A stretch of DNA of 61,236 nt, filler included, from Hausera hauseri (GCA_046269625.1; 11 parts of 11 records of this genome joined end to end with filler, not necessarily neighbours in it), one strand, 5' to 3'. Positions 34,719 to 47,860 are shown, counted from the first letter of the whole stretch. Made by a program: numbers and translations. Notes: generated by a model from the letters alone, not told the origin.

Positions 34719-36731
34719 CAACTACAGATTGGGTTATTCCACCATCAAACAAATAATTGGTTCAGATTTAGAACAATACTTTGTTTTAGGACTGACCCTT
34801 ATTTTTTATTTTCTTTCAGAATGGTAAGTATGATCAGCCGAATTAGAGTCGACGAATTCCTACAAGGATACGCAACGGTCTTCATTCCCAAACCGAAAGC
34901 CATATACAGAAGGATAAATGACCCATTACAAACAGAAACATACGTCGAATACCGGAAAGTAAACGAAATACCAAATGACTTGAAGGATACCACCGAATAG
35001 AACCGCACAATTTTCCTATACGCGATGCGCAAAAACAATCAAGCTAAGTCATATAGCCTTAAGGAAATGATCCAGAATAGGATCGCCCAAGTGGAAGATA
35101 TATTTATCCATCTAGCTAATGACGAAGTGTACTATAGAATAGAAAATCAACGATGGAACTGTAATAAATGGCGCCAATACCGATTTAGTACATTCAAAAT
35201 AAGCGGACAAGGCCTAAAAAGTATCGATTATGACCTAGAATTTACATAGAGAAAACTGCAACTTAGGCTTGCCAGTTCTAGAATTCAAACAAATCCCAAC
35301 CTAAACGGAGAAAGACGAACATTACCAGTCATATAGGCTAGTACAGGATGTCGTAATACAAGAATTATGGCGATAAATTGTGGCAGAGGAGACGATGCGT
35401 ATGGGATACCTATCAAAGTATCTATTAGAGAAAGAGATGAAACTGAGCTTTACTCTACCATTATAAACCCCAGGAAACATGTTCAAGAATGATATGCGGA
35501 AGTAACTGGTTTACGAAAGGAACAACTTATAAGCGGAAAAGACATTCAATAGGTCCATTCTGAGTTAGACCATTGCCTCTACGGGTGTATGATAACGGGA
35601 TACAACGTAAAACGGGAAACCGAGCTATTAGGGATATCCGATACAAATATTGCCGGACTTAGGGAAATAGCTACTCACCCAATGGTTCAGAAACAAATGG
35701 AAAAGACCGTACAAGGAAGAAATAGGCCGACTACACCAGAAGCCTTCTTCAACCTGATGATCGAATCAATGAATAATAATTCGGGCAGAATTCCCAGACT
35801 TCTGACGACCAGCCAACGCTCCAAAAATTTGCAGGAAATTTATAAGACATTAAAATGGGAACATGAATGGGCCCTACAAGCCCTACATACAATTTACGTA
35901 GTTCCTTGAAATCTGAACAGATAGACCTCAAATATAGAAAAAACATCAAGCCCTATTTCCCGGTCAGGACTGTCCAGCCAACAGACAAACATAGTCTCAG
36001 GATTACCGTACCAGAACCAAGGGGAGAACAAGGAAGTAAAACGAAATTACGGAGGATCAAAGAAAAAGATAAGACATTAGAGGGAACATCAAAGTCTCCG
36101 GAAGAACAAAGAGACGAACCAAGGCCAGAAATAATAATTAAAAAGATGAAGTTGGAAGAGAAACCCCAGCCCAGGAAGACTTTATCCATTTATAATTATC
36201 TATTCAAGAAGAAAAGGGAAGATAAAGAACAAAAAGTAGAAAACCAACAAAACAGGCCAAGTATCGCACAGAAGATAGAACCATTGAAAAAGGGAATTAA
36301 GAGTCCCATAATAATGGAAATTAATGCCCTAATAGGAAAAAGAAAAAAAGGGGACGTGCATTGCAGAACAGCCCAAGATTTTCCTAGAATGCTGGTAACT
36401 ACTGAATATTATAGTAAAAAGACGATAAAAGAAGCTATGTTTTTCATCAAAATTGCCCCAGCAAGAGAAGTCTTTGAAGATACCTATGTATTGGAAAATA
36501 CTAAACTGGAAACTTATCTTACATCAATTTTTGGTTCAAAGAGGACCAAAAAAATAGTAGTTCCTGTGGATAAACAAATTCGAATATTGTTAAAGAAACT
36601 ATCAAAAATATAAAATAGAAGGAAAGATTCCTGACCTAGACAAGGATCTTATCAAGGATTGGACTTTGATACAAGTGAACTGTGACTCACGTAAAAGTTC
36701 AATTAACCCTAAACAAAAGGTAATTCACGGA
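34702..36731 (+). pseudogene. Accessory ORF3 of LTR element copy B (inactive DEDDh fold, Lys-rich linker, conserved unknown domain); cut by the contig end just before the RING
   Basis: RIMAINCG..IKVSIR..LYSTIINP..VTGL..GKD..HCLYG..IAGLREI..EHEW; EYYS..IKEA..YL..IF..PVD.Q.RI.LK..IPDLDK..WTL..KSSIN shared with copy A. Confidence 0.75.
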
Positions 36732-36831
36732 NNNNNNNNNNNNNNNNNNNNNNNNNNNNNNNNNNNNNNNNNNNNTTAATTAATTAANNNNNNNNNNNNN
36801 NNNNNNNNNNNNNNNNNNNNNNNNNNNNNNN

Positions 36832-36908
36832 TTTTTCACTGACCTAGCCTTGAAAACACACCCTTTTTACTGACTACCCAAAAAAGGTACCCCTTTTTCA
36901 CTGACGAA
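36832..36908 (+). repeat. Exact 77-bp direct repeat at both ends of the contig (second copy 47516-47592)
   Basis: Base-by-base identity of the first and last 77 nt of the contig. Confidence 0.95.
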
Positions 36909-37044
36909 CTGTACGAAAACACCTCTTCAATTATCACACATATTTTGCATTGCATTTATTTTTCTATTACTTGTTTTAAACATTGTATTTCACTGACCTT
37001 GGAGTTATGTGACCTAATGTGTAACTGAAGCAAGACTTATAAGA

Positions 37045-37330
37045 TCCATCCATCCATAACCCAATTCTTTCTTTCGGGGTCATAGGGGTCACTGGTGTTT
37101 ATATCCAGCAGTCTGTGTGAGAGGCAGGGGGTACCATGGACAGGTCGCAAATCCATCACAGGGACATAAAGACAAACAAGACACTCTCTCACTTAAACCT
37201 AGGGACTATTTAAGACTTACCAATTAACCTAACCTAACCAAACAGTCGTGTTTTGGTCTATGGAAAGAAACCGGATTACCTGGAGAAAACCTACATATGC
37301 AGAGAGAACGTGCAAACTCTCCCCAGAGAG
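37045..37330 (-). mobile_element. Fish SINE (V-SINE/Mermaid-like), degenerate
   Basis: catccatccat tail, ggacaggtcgc..atccatcacaggg and ggaagaaaccgga.tacctggagaaaacc.aca motifs typical of this family. Confidence 0.65.
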
Positions 37331-37599
37331 CTCCCCTAATAGGTTAAAATGTGAATACACAGGGATTGATAATACATATTGTTTATAGAAGGACAGTAAT
37401 AAGTAATGCAATAAGTAACAATACAACTGCATTAAAAAGTTTCAATACACATCCCAACCTTTATTGGTGTATATTACAAGATATAGGAAACTGAAATGGA
37501 GTGTGGGTCAGGATGCTTAATATTTATTCTATTATCTTTACTGATTATTACTTTATTCTGTTCTTTAACTCTTTCTATACTTTTATTTGCTCTGTTCTT

Positions 37600-38200
37600 T
37601 CCCATATGAAACCAAATACAAATAAACAACTAAAAAACTTAAATAAATAAAATAAACAAACATATATATAACTTAAATAAATAAATAGTATTCTATAATC
37701 ATATTCTGTTTATTACGTTTGTTTTTAAAAAAAATCTAATTAAGTTAATACTTTTGCTTCCTGAATCTCTTTGTAGTAAATTTATTAAATTGAATGTTTC
37801 TTTAATGGTTCTGAATGCTTCCATCATCGCTCTCCTTTCTCTCTCATATCTTTTACATATTAATATTACATGTTCTATGGTTTCTGTCATTCCACAATGT
37901 TGGCAATTTCCATTTTCATGTTTCATGTAGTGTGCTGTTAAGTCCAGTGTGCCCCAATCTCAATCTTGTTATTAAACTCTCTTCCTTTCTGTTTCTCCCA
38001 GTTACTCTCCTTTCTCCCACTCTCCTTTGGATCTTATAAAACCATCTTCCTTTATTTTCTTTGTTCCATTCTTTTTGCCACTTTTCTTTCAGTTTTTGTT
38101 CGACTAAACTTTTTGCCTCAGATTTACTCGTATTTATTGTAAAGTTGATTAGACCTGTTGTTGCCCTTTTTGCTACTCTGTCTGCTGCTTTTCCCTCCAG
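37600..38200 (-). mobile_element. 3' end of an I/Nimb-clade LINE (RNase H end and CCHC knuckle)
   Basis: ADRVAK, KWQKEW, ITRLRLGHTGLN, CQHCGMTETIEHVILIC; A-rich (TAAA)n tract beyond the ORF end. Confidence 0.8.
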
Positions 38201-38527
38201 CCCACTGTCTACTTGCTCATGAAGATAGCCAATCACAGAAGAGAAAATGTCCAAGCTTGGCCAATCAGAAGTGAGAACACAAATAATGTTGAAACACTGT
38301 TGGAATCAACTGGAGGGGAATTTACTTGCAATGCATCAATACAGCACAGCCAGATAGAAGCTCAAGTATAAAAAGATACCCCTTTTTCATTGAAATGGTG
38401 GAAATACTCCCCCTAAACGCTGACCCACGTGGGTCCATGCTTGTGTATAAAAGACCCCCCTTTCCCGTGATTTTTTGTATGCGGTTGGTACCACTGGCTG
38501 CCTGAGTCCCCCCCCCCACAGACTGAA

Positions 38528-39110
38528 CATCCATCCATCCATCCATCCATCCATTATCTTCTTCTTTATCCAAAGTTGAGTCACAGGGGCAGCAGCTTGA
38601 GCACAAAAGCCCAGACATCTCTTCCAGCTCTTCTGGAAGGACTCCAAGGTAATCCCGGGCCAGATGTCCAGTGTGTCCTGGGTTTTCCTCGGGGTCTTAT
38701 CCCAGTTGGACAAGCCTGAAACACCTCCCTACGGAGGTGTCCAGGAGGCCTCCTTACCAGATGCCTGGACCAACTCAACTGGCTCCTCTGGAAAATAATT
38801 TGTTATATATTTTATTTTGGTTCATGACAGGCCCAGCCTAAAATCACCACTGGTCCACCGGGCAAGTGCCCGCTGTGCCCGCTGTGCCCAATGGGCAGTC
38901 CAGTGCTGACTGGATTAGAAAACTCCCATCACCCCTCAAGGACCCTAGCGGTGGTTAAGAGTTGGTCCAGTGTTCCACATCGAGGACAGAACCTGCATTC
39001 TTCCTCCAGAATCTGAGTTTCAACTATTGATCTCACTCTCTTCTCAGTATCCCTGCAAAGACCTTACTGGGGAGGCTAAGAAGAGTGATGCCCCTGTAAT
39101 TGGTCATTCT
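38528..39110 (-). mobile_element. Expander/Rex3 (RTE clade) LINE fragments with (GGAT)n tail
   Basis: (catc)n tail; LVRRPPGHLRREVFQACPTGIRPRGKPRTHW C-terminus; internal fragment near 38945-39110. Confidence 0.75.
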
Positions 39111-39114
39111 CCAC

Positions 39115-39460
39115 CAGCTTGGGAGGTGGTCCCCACTCTGACCTTGGGGTCTCCAGTTCTGCACAGATGTTTCTGTACACTATACAAGCCACCTGGTTAT
39201 GGCATTCCATCTATTACCTTCATGCTAGTATTTTTCACCCTGCTGTGAGATGCTGGATTGTTTCTGGGGCTATTTTATACAGTCTGCACCTGGGATCTTG
39301 CCTGGTATTGTAGATCTGATCCTCTATTACTCTGGTGCTCAAAACCTGGTCCCGTGCTGCCATGATCATTGTTTCTGTGCTGTCCATCAGTCTGGCCCTC
39401 TCTAGCCATTGGTAGGATTTGGTCATATTAGTCACTTCATCTATCTGTGGTACATCCCAC
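39115..39460 (-). mobile_element. R4/Dong (Rex6-like) non-LTR retrotransposon fragment
   Basis: KSYQWLE..L.DSTE..IMAA.DQ.LSTR...DPRCRL...PETIQHLTAG. Confidence 0.75.
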
Positions 39461-40289
39461 GCATTTTTCCTCCTGTGACCAGCAGGTGGAGCTCTTTTTA
39501 AAAGGCACCTGAACACAGACTGACCGTGCACAATATTTTTTATTAACAATTCTCTTAAAACAGTTCTTTTAAAAGCATGGCTTCAGGCCTACTACTTGGT
39601 CCTAAGAAAGAAAAATGAAACAAGTGGAGAGAGACCGACAAGTTCAATTGTTCCCAAAAACAAAACCTGCAAAGTAAAACAAGCAAATTAATGAAGAAAA
39701 CCAAAATGGAAAAATCAAGCAAATTAGTAATTACAATAATAAACAAAACAAGCTGTAAAAATAAACCACGGCAAATAATGGAACAAATTGTTGTCGTGGT
39801 CCAGTTCCAAATGCCATTCAATGGGGCCAGAGGAGTAATGCCCCGCCCACACAGGAACCGGCTTCGATGATGCGGCCCAAAACAAACTGCAAGACAAGAC
39901 AGCAGAGCGTCCCGAACGCTCCAACTCCCAAAACAGTAAAAATCCGGTGCCTGAAACAGAAAAACCATTAACCGTGGATCAAGACAAATAAATCAAACGC
40001 TAAATAATAGGGGGCTTACCCAGGGGTGGTGACACAGCCTAACCCGGGAGGGAGCGGGTCAGCAGGCGAAGACTAGGCGAAAGACGCAGGCCACAACAAC
40101 CTCCAGCCGCAGCCGGCAACGCCAGCAAAGCAACGCTGCAGAAACGCGCGACAGGTGTAGCACCCAAAAACCAACCATGACCCCAGTCACTGATGGCAAA
40201 ACCGGCACTTACGATCTCAGATGAGCCGATCAGGAACACAAGCTGACATGTAGCAGTCGATTGTCGCAGCAGCGGGAGAAACAGAGACA

Positions 40290-43200
40290 CACACACCTTG
40301 CAGTGGCCTGACCAACTATGAAGGCATCTGCCCCACCCACCAATCAACAATGTGCCTCTCGCTGCACCTGTACACAGAGTGGGGGGTGGAACAACATCCC
40401 AACACACTTCCATGATGGGCATCGGTTGAGAGAGCTGTACGGGAAACTAAAGCAACATGATGCAGAAGGTGAACCCACTGAGACTCATATTAGAGCCCAA
40501 TTCCTGCCTTCAGATGTTTAAGTGAGCTGTGCGCCTGGATTCTGACATGACCTTCATTGCCGTTCAACATGAGATCCTCCCATTGGAAAAGGAGCAGCAA
40601 GGTCCAAAATGGCCTGAAGTGACTTGTGCTGCTGTGAGACCCTGACCCTGTTAGACATCACCAACAGAGCAACTTGTGGAAACAGGAACTGTAAAATGAA
40701 ATCTTGCAGGAGGTGAAGGCCCAGATGAAGGAACTTACCTGTAAGTTATTCAGAGACCAGACATCAATGAGCTCCATACAAACACCAGCCCATCACAGTG
40801 CCATCCAGCCATGTTCTCGAGTAAGAAGTCATCAGGAATGTCACATCAACTACCGCTGTGATGGGGAATGTAGGCCTATCTGTAGAGTATGCAGAAATCC
40901 AGGTCACATAGCCCAGTTTTGCAGAGAGTACTCTGTCAACCAGCCAGCTTTAAACCAGCACACCCTACTGTTGGGGTAAATGCAGTGTGGTCAGAGCAAG
41001 GAGAAGCCCACAGGGCCCCTAAAATTTTAGTGGGGGAACTGCCCATATATGGATGTGTCTGTGGGAGGAATCAATTTAGACACCAGCTCACATGTGACTC
41101 TTATGCAGCAGAGCCTATTCCATAAATATTTACCTGATTACAGTGTTAACAATGGGCCTCATGCAAGAACATTTTCGTATTCTTATCCTAAATTTCTCTT
41201 ACTTTTGTTCGTATGAAGTGTTCGTACGAACATGCCACATCAGATTCAACAAACTCTTCTATCTTCAGGAAAAGTGTGTAAATGAGCAAGCTAAATTGAT
41301 GAATGTGTATCCAGGTGCTCACGCATGAGGAGAGGATATTATCATAGTTACCGCCCCAAAACAGGCAATGTTTCCTGCCCTAAATACCAGGAGGTCTTCA
41401 TTCATAAATGACAGCGCAAAATAAAAAGAAGAACTTTAGGAGTTCAGAGATTGAACACTGGGCCACTCTCCCTGGGTGGGTTTCGGGGAATGGGGGGGGC
41501 CTATCGGGGTCAGCGGGGGAGCTAACTCCTTGGGGGAGGTTTTTTTTTTGGCTCCTTCAGTTTTTTTGTCCTCCCCATCCCTCAATGCATACCCCCACCC
41601 TCTTCATTCTCATTCCACCCAAGTAGGTTTCTGGGGTGCAGGTGTGTTATAGGAGCAATAATTTCACATCTCCATTTGCCACGACCACCTGTGCCCCAAT
41701 TTTTATTGTACATCCTAGACACTCACACATAACACTTTCATATCATTCACATATAGGAACTTGAGGTGGGCGCGCTATGGGTTGCGGGACCCTTCTCTCG
41801 CCGAACAAGCCTGTGCCCACTTCCAAGGTTGCATTTAGACATTTAGGGTTGTGGGGGGGAGTAGGGGCAGAGGGGAAACTGGCGCCTTGCTGACCTCTGA
41901 ATACATATGCCTTTTTGTCCCTTCAATGCGCTTGCAACATTTCAAAGATTGATGCAGTTGAAAAAATGTATTTTTACTACTGATTGTTGAAAGCACTACA
42001 CATTTTATAGTTTTTCTAAGGACCAGTATTGGCCTATGCAGATTACACCTAGCCTTTTAGCTTGTTCACTGATGCCAGCCACCATGGATTAGGTGCAGTG
42101 CTGGCACAAAATCAAGAAAGTAAGTAGTCATTGCTCACACCAATCACAGTCTATATCCTGCTGAGCAACATAACGTAAACTACAGCTCATTTAAACTAAA
42201 GCTGTTGGCACTTAAGTGGGCAATCACTGGACAATTTAAAGACTATTTAACTGATGGTAAGTTCACAGTTTTTACCAACAATAATCCAGAAGCTCATCTA
42301 CAAACTGCTTAATGGGGGAGAGTAGAACAAAGGTGGGTTGCTCAGTTGGCCTCGTTTGATTTTGAGGTAAAATATCGAGCCCGGAAGGAAAACGTGAATG
42401 AAGACACACTATCCAGATTCCCCAAGGGAGAAAATGCAGATCCCATGAGGGGAGGATCCAGACATTCAGCAGGTACAGAGGTATGTGGAAAGGGGAAGAG
42501 CCCCGAGTAAGATCAACCATGAAGTTCTAAATGAAACTGCTCAAAGGTTGCTCCAACACTGGAAGACACTCTGCATGCACAAAGGGGTTCTGTGAGGATC
42601 TGTGCTGTGTGTGTGTGCGTGTGTGGGTGCGTGTGTGTGTGTGTGTGTGTTGTGCCTTTGCCTCCCTCTGGTGTTTGTTTTGTATTTTCATGCCCAGCTT
42701 ATTTCCTCAGTCTTTCTGGTTCCTTCTAGTTCGTTCATCTCCCACCTGTCTTCAGTCTCTAATCACTTAGCTGTCTCCACTTTCCACTTATCCTCCTGAT
42801 TATATTGTTAGCTCTCTTTCTACACGTGCCCATCTGTTCATTGCTTGGTTCTTGTCCTGGTTTTTCTGTGTTTACCTTTATCTTGTGAGTTTTTCAGCTT
42901 TGGCCACCATGTTGGCTTTTTATTTTAATAAAGTCTTTTGTTTTTTGAACCTACCTGTCTGCCTGGGTTTGGCTCCCACCTTGCTACCTAAACCTTAACA
43001 GGTTCTCTGTAGACATGTGTTTGATTATTATGGATGTTAGCCCTGTTTTCAGATTGTGTGCCCAGATCCTAAGGGCCAGGAAGTCTGGAGGAAGTGCCAT
43101 TAGGCTACAGCCCAGGCCGTTATGGAGAAGACCCTCACTCACCTGAGGTGTCATTTCTTCTGGACAAGCATGGAAAAGGGGCTACAGTGTTTTCAGAAAG

Positions 43201-43800
43201 GGAGTGTTGTCTGTAGTCTACAAAAAGACTAAGGCACCTTTTAAACTGATAGAAGTGTCGTACCCTTCAGAGGTACTGGCTTTAGACTTCCTCTCTTTGT
43301 GTCGGCCGGGCGACACTTATCAAAATATTTTAGTGATGACTGACATGTTCACTTCTTATTCATTGGCCATCACCACTGATGATCAAACTGCTCAAACCAC
43401 TGTCTTATGGTCTTGGTTTCATGTCATTCAACCGTTTTGCTGCCCAGAATGTTTTTATTCTGACCAGGAACCTGATTTTGTATTTTGAAGTAATGAAAGT
43501 TCTATGTAGCTTGTATGGCATTTCTAAAAGCCACACTATTTCATATCCCCCCTGCAATGGGAGAGTAGAAAGAATGAACCTAACACTAATAAACATGCTT
43601 CACACACTTGAGGTTGAGGAACAGAGTAGGTGGCCAGAGCAGAGTTGTTGCATGCTTATTATAATGTCCACAGTGCTACTGGGTTTGCACCATCTTACTT
43701 CAGGTTTGATCGTCATCTTAGGCTCCCAGTCGATCTTAGCTAGGTGTTTTCGACACACAGCCTTGCCAAGACTTGCAGGGATGGGTCTTAGAAGGTTTTA
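40290..43800 (+). mobile_element. Highly decayed fish Gypsy element (gag zinc knuckle, RNase H, integrase) with nested insertions
   Basis: CRVCRNPGHIAQFC; FTDASHHGLGAVLAQ; YSSFKLKLLALKWAIT; EVLALDF..ILVMTDMFT; NGRVERMN. Confidence 0.8.
42591..43000 (+). mobile_element. Solo LTR (410 bp) with 5-bp TSD GGTTC, nested in the Gypsy remnant
   Basis: GGTTC|TGTGAGG...CCTTAACA|GGTTC; internal AATAAA near 42928. Confidence 0.85.
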
Positions 43801-44460
43801 ACATCCAGATCTTATCTTAAATAGATGTACAACATCAAGTCTCCAATCCTTTTCATCTTTAAATGTTTTGAAACCTTGTTGCTTGTCTTTGTTATTTTAC
43901 TGTATTAGTCATAATTCCTCATCTTTGAGTATTTTGGCCTGAGATAAAGATTCACTGTTACATCTTACGACCATCAGCCCCCTTTAGAAAAATCCTCCAA
44001 AATTAGGGTGTATTCACACAAGGAAAGTCCTTTGGTCCGCTTGTTTGGTCCAGGCCAAAAATGGACTTTCTTTTTTTCGTTTGGTGCGGTTTGCATTCAC
44101 ATCGTACTTTCTCGCAACCGAACTATAACTTGATATCTAAGCCACGATGGTGACGATCATTGCTCCCATTGGACAGAAAGGACGGGGGCGGGACAGTGCT
44201 CACAGACCCAGAATAACACATGGAATTTCTGCATGCTGCAGTTCTGATGTGCAAATTTGTGCTGTTAGAACACCCACAATACCATTTAAAATGTCAAAAG
44301 CAGCTAATTTAACAGTGGCTTTTCTATATACCTCCTGGTGAAAGAGGAGCTGGTAAAGTCAGACCAAAGCCTTCTACTTCAGTTTTATAAAGACCCCAAC
44401 TGAATGATTTAAGTGTGAAATGAAGGATTTAAAACATCATATGTCTACTTCAATAATAAA

Positions 44461-45259
44461 CAGAGTTGTAAGGTAACTAAGTACAAATACTTTGTCACTG
44501 TACTTAAGTGGAATTTTTGGGTATCTGTACTTTACTTGAGTAATAATTTTCAGCCTAGCTTTTACTTCTACTTCTTTCCTTTTTAAAAAATGTATTAAGT
44601 AGAAAGTACAGATAATTGTGTGAAAATGTAAGAAGTATAAAGTCGTTACTTTGATTTCATGTTTGCTTGTTTTCATTCCAGCTTGTTATTGTAAAATATA
44701 AATACTATCCATGTAAATTGCTCCTCTGAGTGAATTTAATTGTAGTTGAATGAGAAGTATAAGTATATAAAATTCTGATACTGTATTAGTTTGTACACAA
44801 AAACGCATGTCACACTCCAGCATTACATAATAATTAAATTAAAAGGACTGTACTTAAGAAGTATTTGTATTTCATGATGTATAATATTGCATTTGGCCAC
44901 AGCCTCGGACAGATTTTCATTTTGGGGAAAAGGTTTGGGCCTCCTTGATATATGTATACAACCTGAAACAGACAAGTCCATCCTACATTTAACATTAATT
45001 AATTATTTTAATACACCAGTAATATCTGCACTTTTTGGGGAGTTCACGTCCTATTAAATGTCATAACAGAAACTCTAAAGGCTTATTTTAAATCAATACT
45101 TTTACTTTTAATACTTGAGTAAAAATCTTAAAGTATCTGACATTTTTTGTACTTCAGTAATATTTCTAAAGAATACTTAAACTTTTACCAAAGTAATTTT
45201 TTGGTAAGATACTTGTACTTTTACTCAAGTATCACTCTGTGGTACTTTATGCAACACCG
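44461..45259. mobile_element. Non-autonomous hAT-type element with 8-bp TSD ATAATAAA
   Basis: ATAATAAA|CAGAGTTG...CAACACCG|ATAATAAA; imperfect TIRs. Confidence 0.8.
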
Positions 45260-45719
45260 ATAATAAAAGAACCCCTCAATGGTGTAAGAAATAAACGTTT
45301 CACACGAAAAGCCTTCCTATATTTTTACATTCATGCTTAAAACAGAATATTCTTTCTGGAACCTTTTTAAAGTGAGAGACAAAAGCTTAATCTTAAGAAC
45401 TGGACAGTATACTAATTAACTGATTTAATTTTAAGATATTAACACCAAATTGCAAGGCAATCACATTAAATACAAACAAAAATATTTAGCTTAGACCTGG
45501 AGAATTTGACCAAACTTTACTAAACTTGCTCATTTGTTTCAGCTGCCACCAAATTGGTTATAGTTACTCCTACAAGGAAAAAAAATCTATTTTTTTACAT
45601 TTTTATTGTATTCTGGGGCGCTTTATGCAACATATATGAGATGTAATGTAAAGCTGCAGATTAAAATAATTCTCTATTGGAAAGTAAGTAATTAAGACTG
45701 AAACAGGTTGCTTTTCTGA

Positions 45720-45785
45720 GGAAAGAACCAATCACAGCAGATTACACACACCTGTGAAACCTGCAGGTTAGGCTATTTAAACCTC
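45720..45785 (+). promoter_or_regulatory. Putative oocyte promoter: CCAAT box, E-box CACCTG, TATA-like TATTTAA
   Basis: CCAAT near 45728, CACCTG near 45749 and TATTTAA at 45774, all upstream of ATG 45822. Confidence 0.55.
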
Positions 45786-45821
45786 ACATGTTGGTCACAC
45801 CTTCAGTCAGAGACAGGAACC

Positions 45822-46508
45822 ATGGGAGGTGTTTGGTTTCTGATGGTTTGTGTGGCAGCTGTGTGGCTCAGGAAAGGTTTGTGCAAAATGTTATTTGGTC
45901 ATTTCTTTTAGATTTTGTGAAAGTTCTCAGTTAGCAATGAAATTTACATTTTTTTATTATTTTAGAATAAGAAATTAATTGGCTTTGCTCACAAACTGAG
46001 GGGAATTGTCAGGACTTGGCTTAAGGTTTTTCTTTAGGAATGTTTTTAAATGTGTAATATCTTTAACTGCAGGGTCCAGTTTACCAATTGATGTGACACA
46101 TGAAAGTGCTGATCATAAGGAAGCTGACCTGAAACATGGTAAGATGGGGAAGGAATAAAAACTGACATTAACAAAGCAATGATTAAACTAACTTATGTAT
46201 TCTTCTTAATGCAGTTATGTTGCTGACTGATGTTGCTCAAAGAAATGTGATTGAATTTCTCCAGTCAAAAGACTCCAAGATGAACCTGCAATCTAAGCAA
46301 GGTAAAATATCAAGGTTCAACAATTTACCAGAATATTTTAAGCTTTTGACTTTACTGCTCAAACCTAGTGTACCTGGAAACTAATGAAGTGGGTGCAATT
46401 CATGACGAACCTGAGGGCCCCAGCAACGTGACTGCCGTCGACGATGGCCCCAGCAACGTGACTGCCGTCGACGATGGCCCCAGCAACGTGACTGCCGTCG
46501 ACGATTAA
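45822..46508 (+). CDS. psgp: Hyosophorin / polysialoglycoprotein (PSGP)-like cortical alveolus glycoprotein; exons 45822-45876, 46073-46138, 46215-46301, 46369-46508 (115 aa as assembled)
   Basis: Four exons joined by phase-1 GT-AG introns give MGGVWFLMVCVAAVWLRKGSSLP...VYLETNEVGAIHDEPE(GPSNVTAVDD)x3*. MGGV and YLETNEV match trout apo-PSGP as I recall it; the repeats carry an N-x-T sequon and DD. Confidence 0.85.
46416..46505 (+). repeat. Perfect 30-bp coding tandem repeat x3 (GPSNVTAVDD)
   Basis: ggccccagcaacgtgactgccgtcgacgat x3. Confidence 0.98.
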
Positions 46509-47692
46509 ACTTTTTAAAATTCTAATTTTGTGTGCTGTTTAAATATGCCATGTGGATAGTCTGAAGTTTCCAGTACATGCGTTAAAGTTAAACTAGTCTT
46601 GACATTGAACATCACAATCGTGAGTGGTGCTTAAGGGTCAATTAAAGCTAGTAGCACACTGGTATATTTTGTTACCCAAATGTCACCCCAGCAAGACATA
46701 CCAGACATTGTGTATGAGGGCTGTGGGCAAAAACTGGACCAAGAGTTTTAATTTGTCCCACCAGTAGTAACATGTTAGGTTGTATCTGTGGTCCTATGTA
46801 GATGCGCAGTATTTCCACCTAAAGTTCTTCGATTAATTGACACAATGGAGCTGGGGTGCAGTTGGTCAAAAATGTGGACCACCACACTGCCTGCTAGCTT
46901 TATCATTAAAAATAGGACTTTCAAGTATTGAATATTGCATTTTGCTGCAGCCCTAGGATAGATTTTCATTTTTGGAAAATGGTTTTGTGCACCTTTAATG
47001 TAAAATTTAGGATGCACTAGTCAGTTTCAGTTTATGTACATATATCAAACATTTTAATACAACAGTCATTTCTACATTGTTTGGAGGAAAGGTCCCCTAA
47101 TGTCATCACTGAACTGCTCATTTTAAATCAATACTTTGATATTTTTTGTACTTAAGTATTAAAATTAAAATACTTTAGTAAAAGTTAAAATCTCCTTTAT
47201 ATGAGTAAAAGTACAAGTATCTTATCAAAAATTTACAAGACTTTTACTCAAAGTATCACTTTGGTACTTTATACAACACTGCTTGGCTGGACAGAGAAAT
47301 TCTGTCCATGAAATTTGTGGACAGAATCTGACAACAGGCAGCCCTGACAGTCCACCTCCCACCCTGAATGGGTTAAACTTGCTGCTGGCAATGCAAGCGA
47401 AACTCTTACACCCCGGGGGGGCAATTCTTTATCAACTACATAGCGCCATCCTCATACATGACCTTCCCAAGCCCCACCCTAATCACTGACCAGGGACTTT
47501 GTGAAAAATATACCCTTTTTCACTGACCTAGCCTTGAAAACACACCCTTTTTACTGACTACCCAAAAAAGGTACCCCTTTTTCACTGACGAANNNNNNNN
47601 NNNNNNNNNNNNNNNNNNNNNNNNNNNNNNNNNNNNTTAATTAATTAANNNNNNNNNNNNNNNNNNNNNNNNNNNNNNNNNNNNNNNNNNNN

Positions 47693-47842
47693 AATATTTG
47701 GTTGATGCATTTCATGATGCAACGAAAAATGCACATGGGTATATTTTCATTGACTTTACACAACAATGTGCAGATGATGAACGGGTTAAAACAGATATAT
47801 TTAATCCTAAAGGAATAACTGTGTATAAACAAATCAAATAGT
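47693..47842 (+). pseudogene. Polinton packaging ATPase C-terminus (partial)
   Basis: YLVDAFHDATKNAHGYIFIDFTQQCADDERVKTDIF is the typical Polinton ATPase C-terminal block. Confidence 0.75.
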
Positions 47843-47860
47843 TGCTTACGAAAAACAATA

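Noticed and set aside
34790-34830. Branch point, polypyrimidine tract and AG followed by ATGGTAAGT as a splice acceptor or micro-exon for ORF3
   Set aside because: Not evident at the equivalent position in copy A, where ORF3 homology starts upstream (PDNY..GY); unsupported without RNA data.
31974-36731. Interpreting the cargo element as a Ginger or Polinton DNA transposon
   Set aside because: The sequence upstream of the HHCC looks like the Gypsy RNase H-integrase linker. The terminal repeat has TATA, a poly(A) signal and a solo copy with TG..CA ends. RT is not visible in the window, so LTR status remains an inference.
39474-40036. Possible solo LTR (TGTGACC...GGTGACA)
   Set aside because: No convincing target-site duplication and unclear boundaries.
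46416-46505. 30-bp direct repeats as a CRISPR array
   Set aside because: The units are head-to-tail with no spacers, in frame within a eukaryotic exon, and there are no cas genes.
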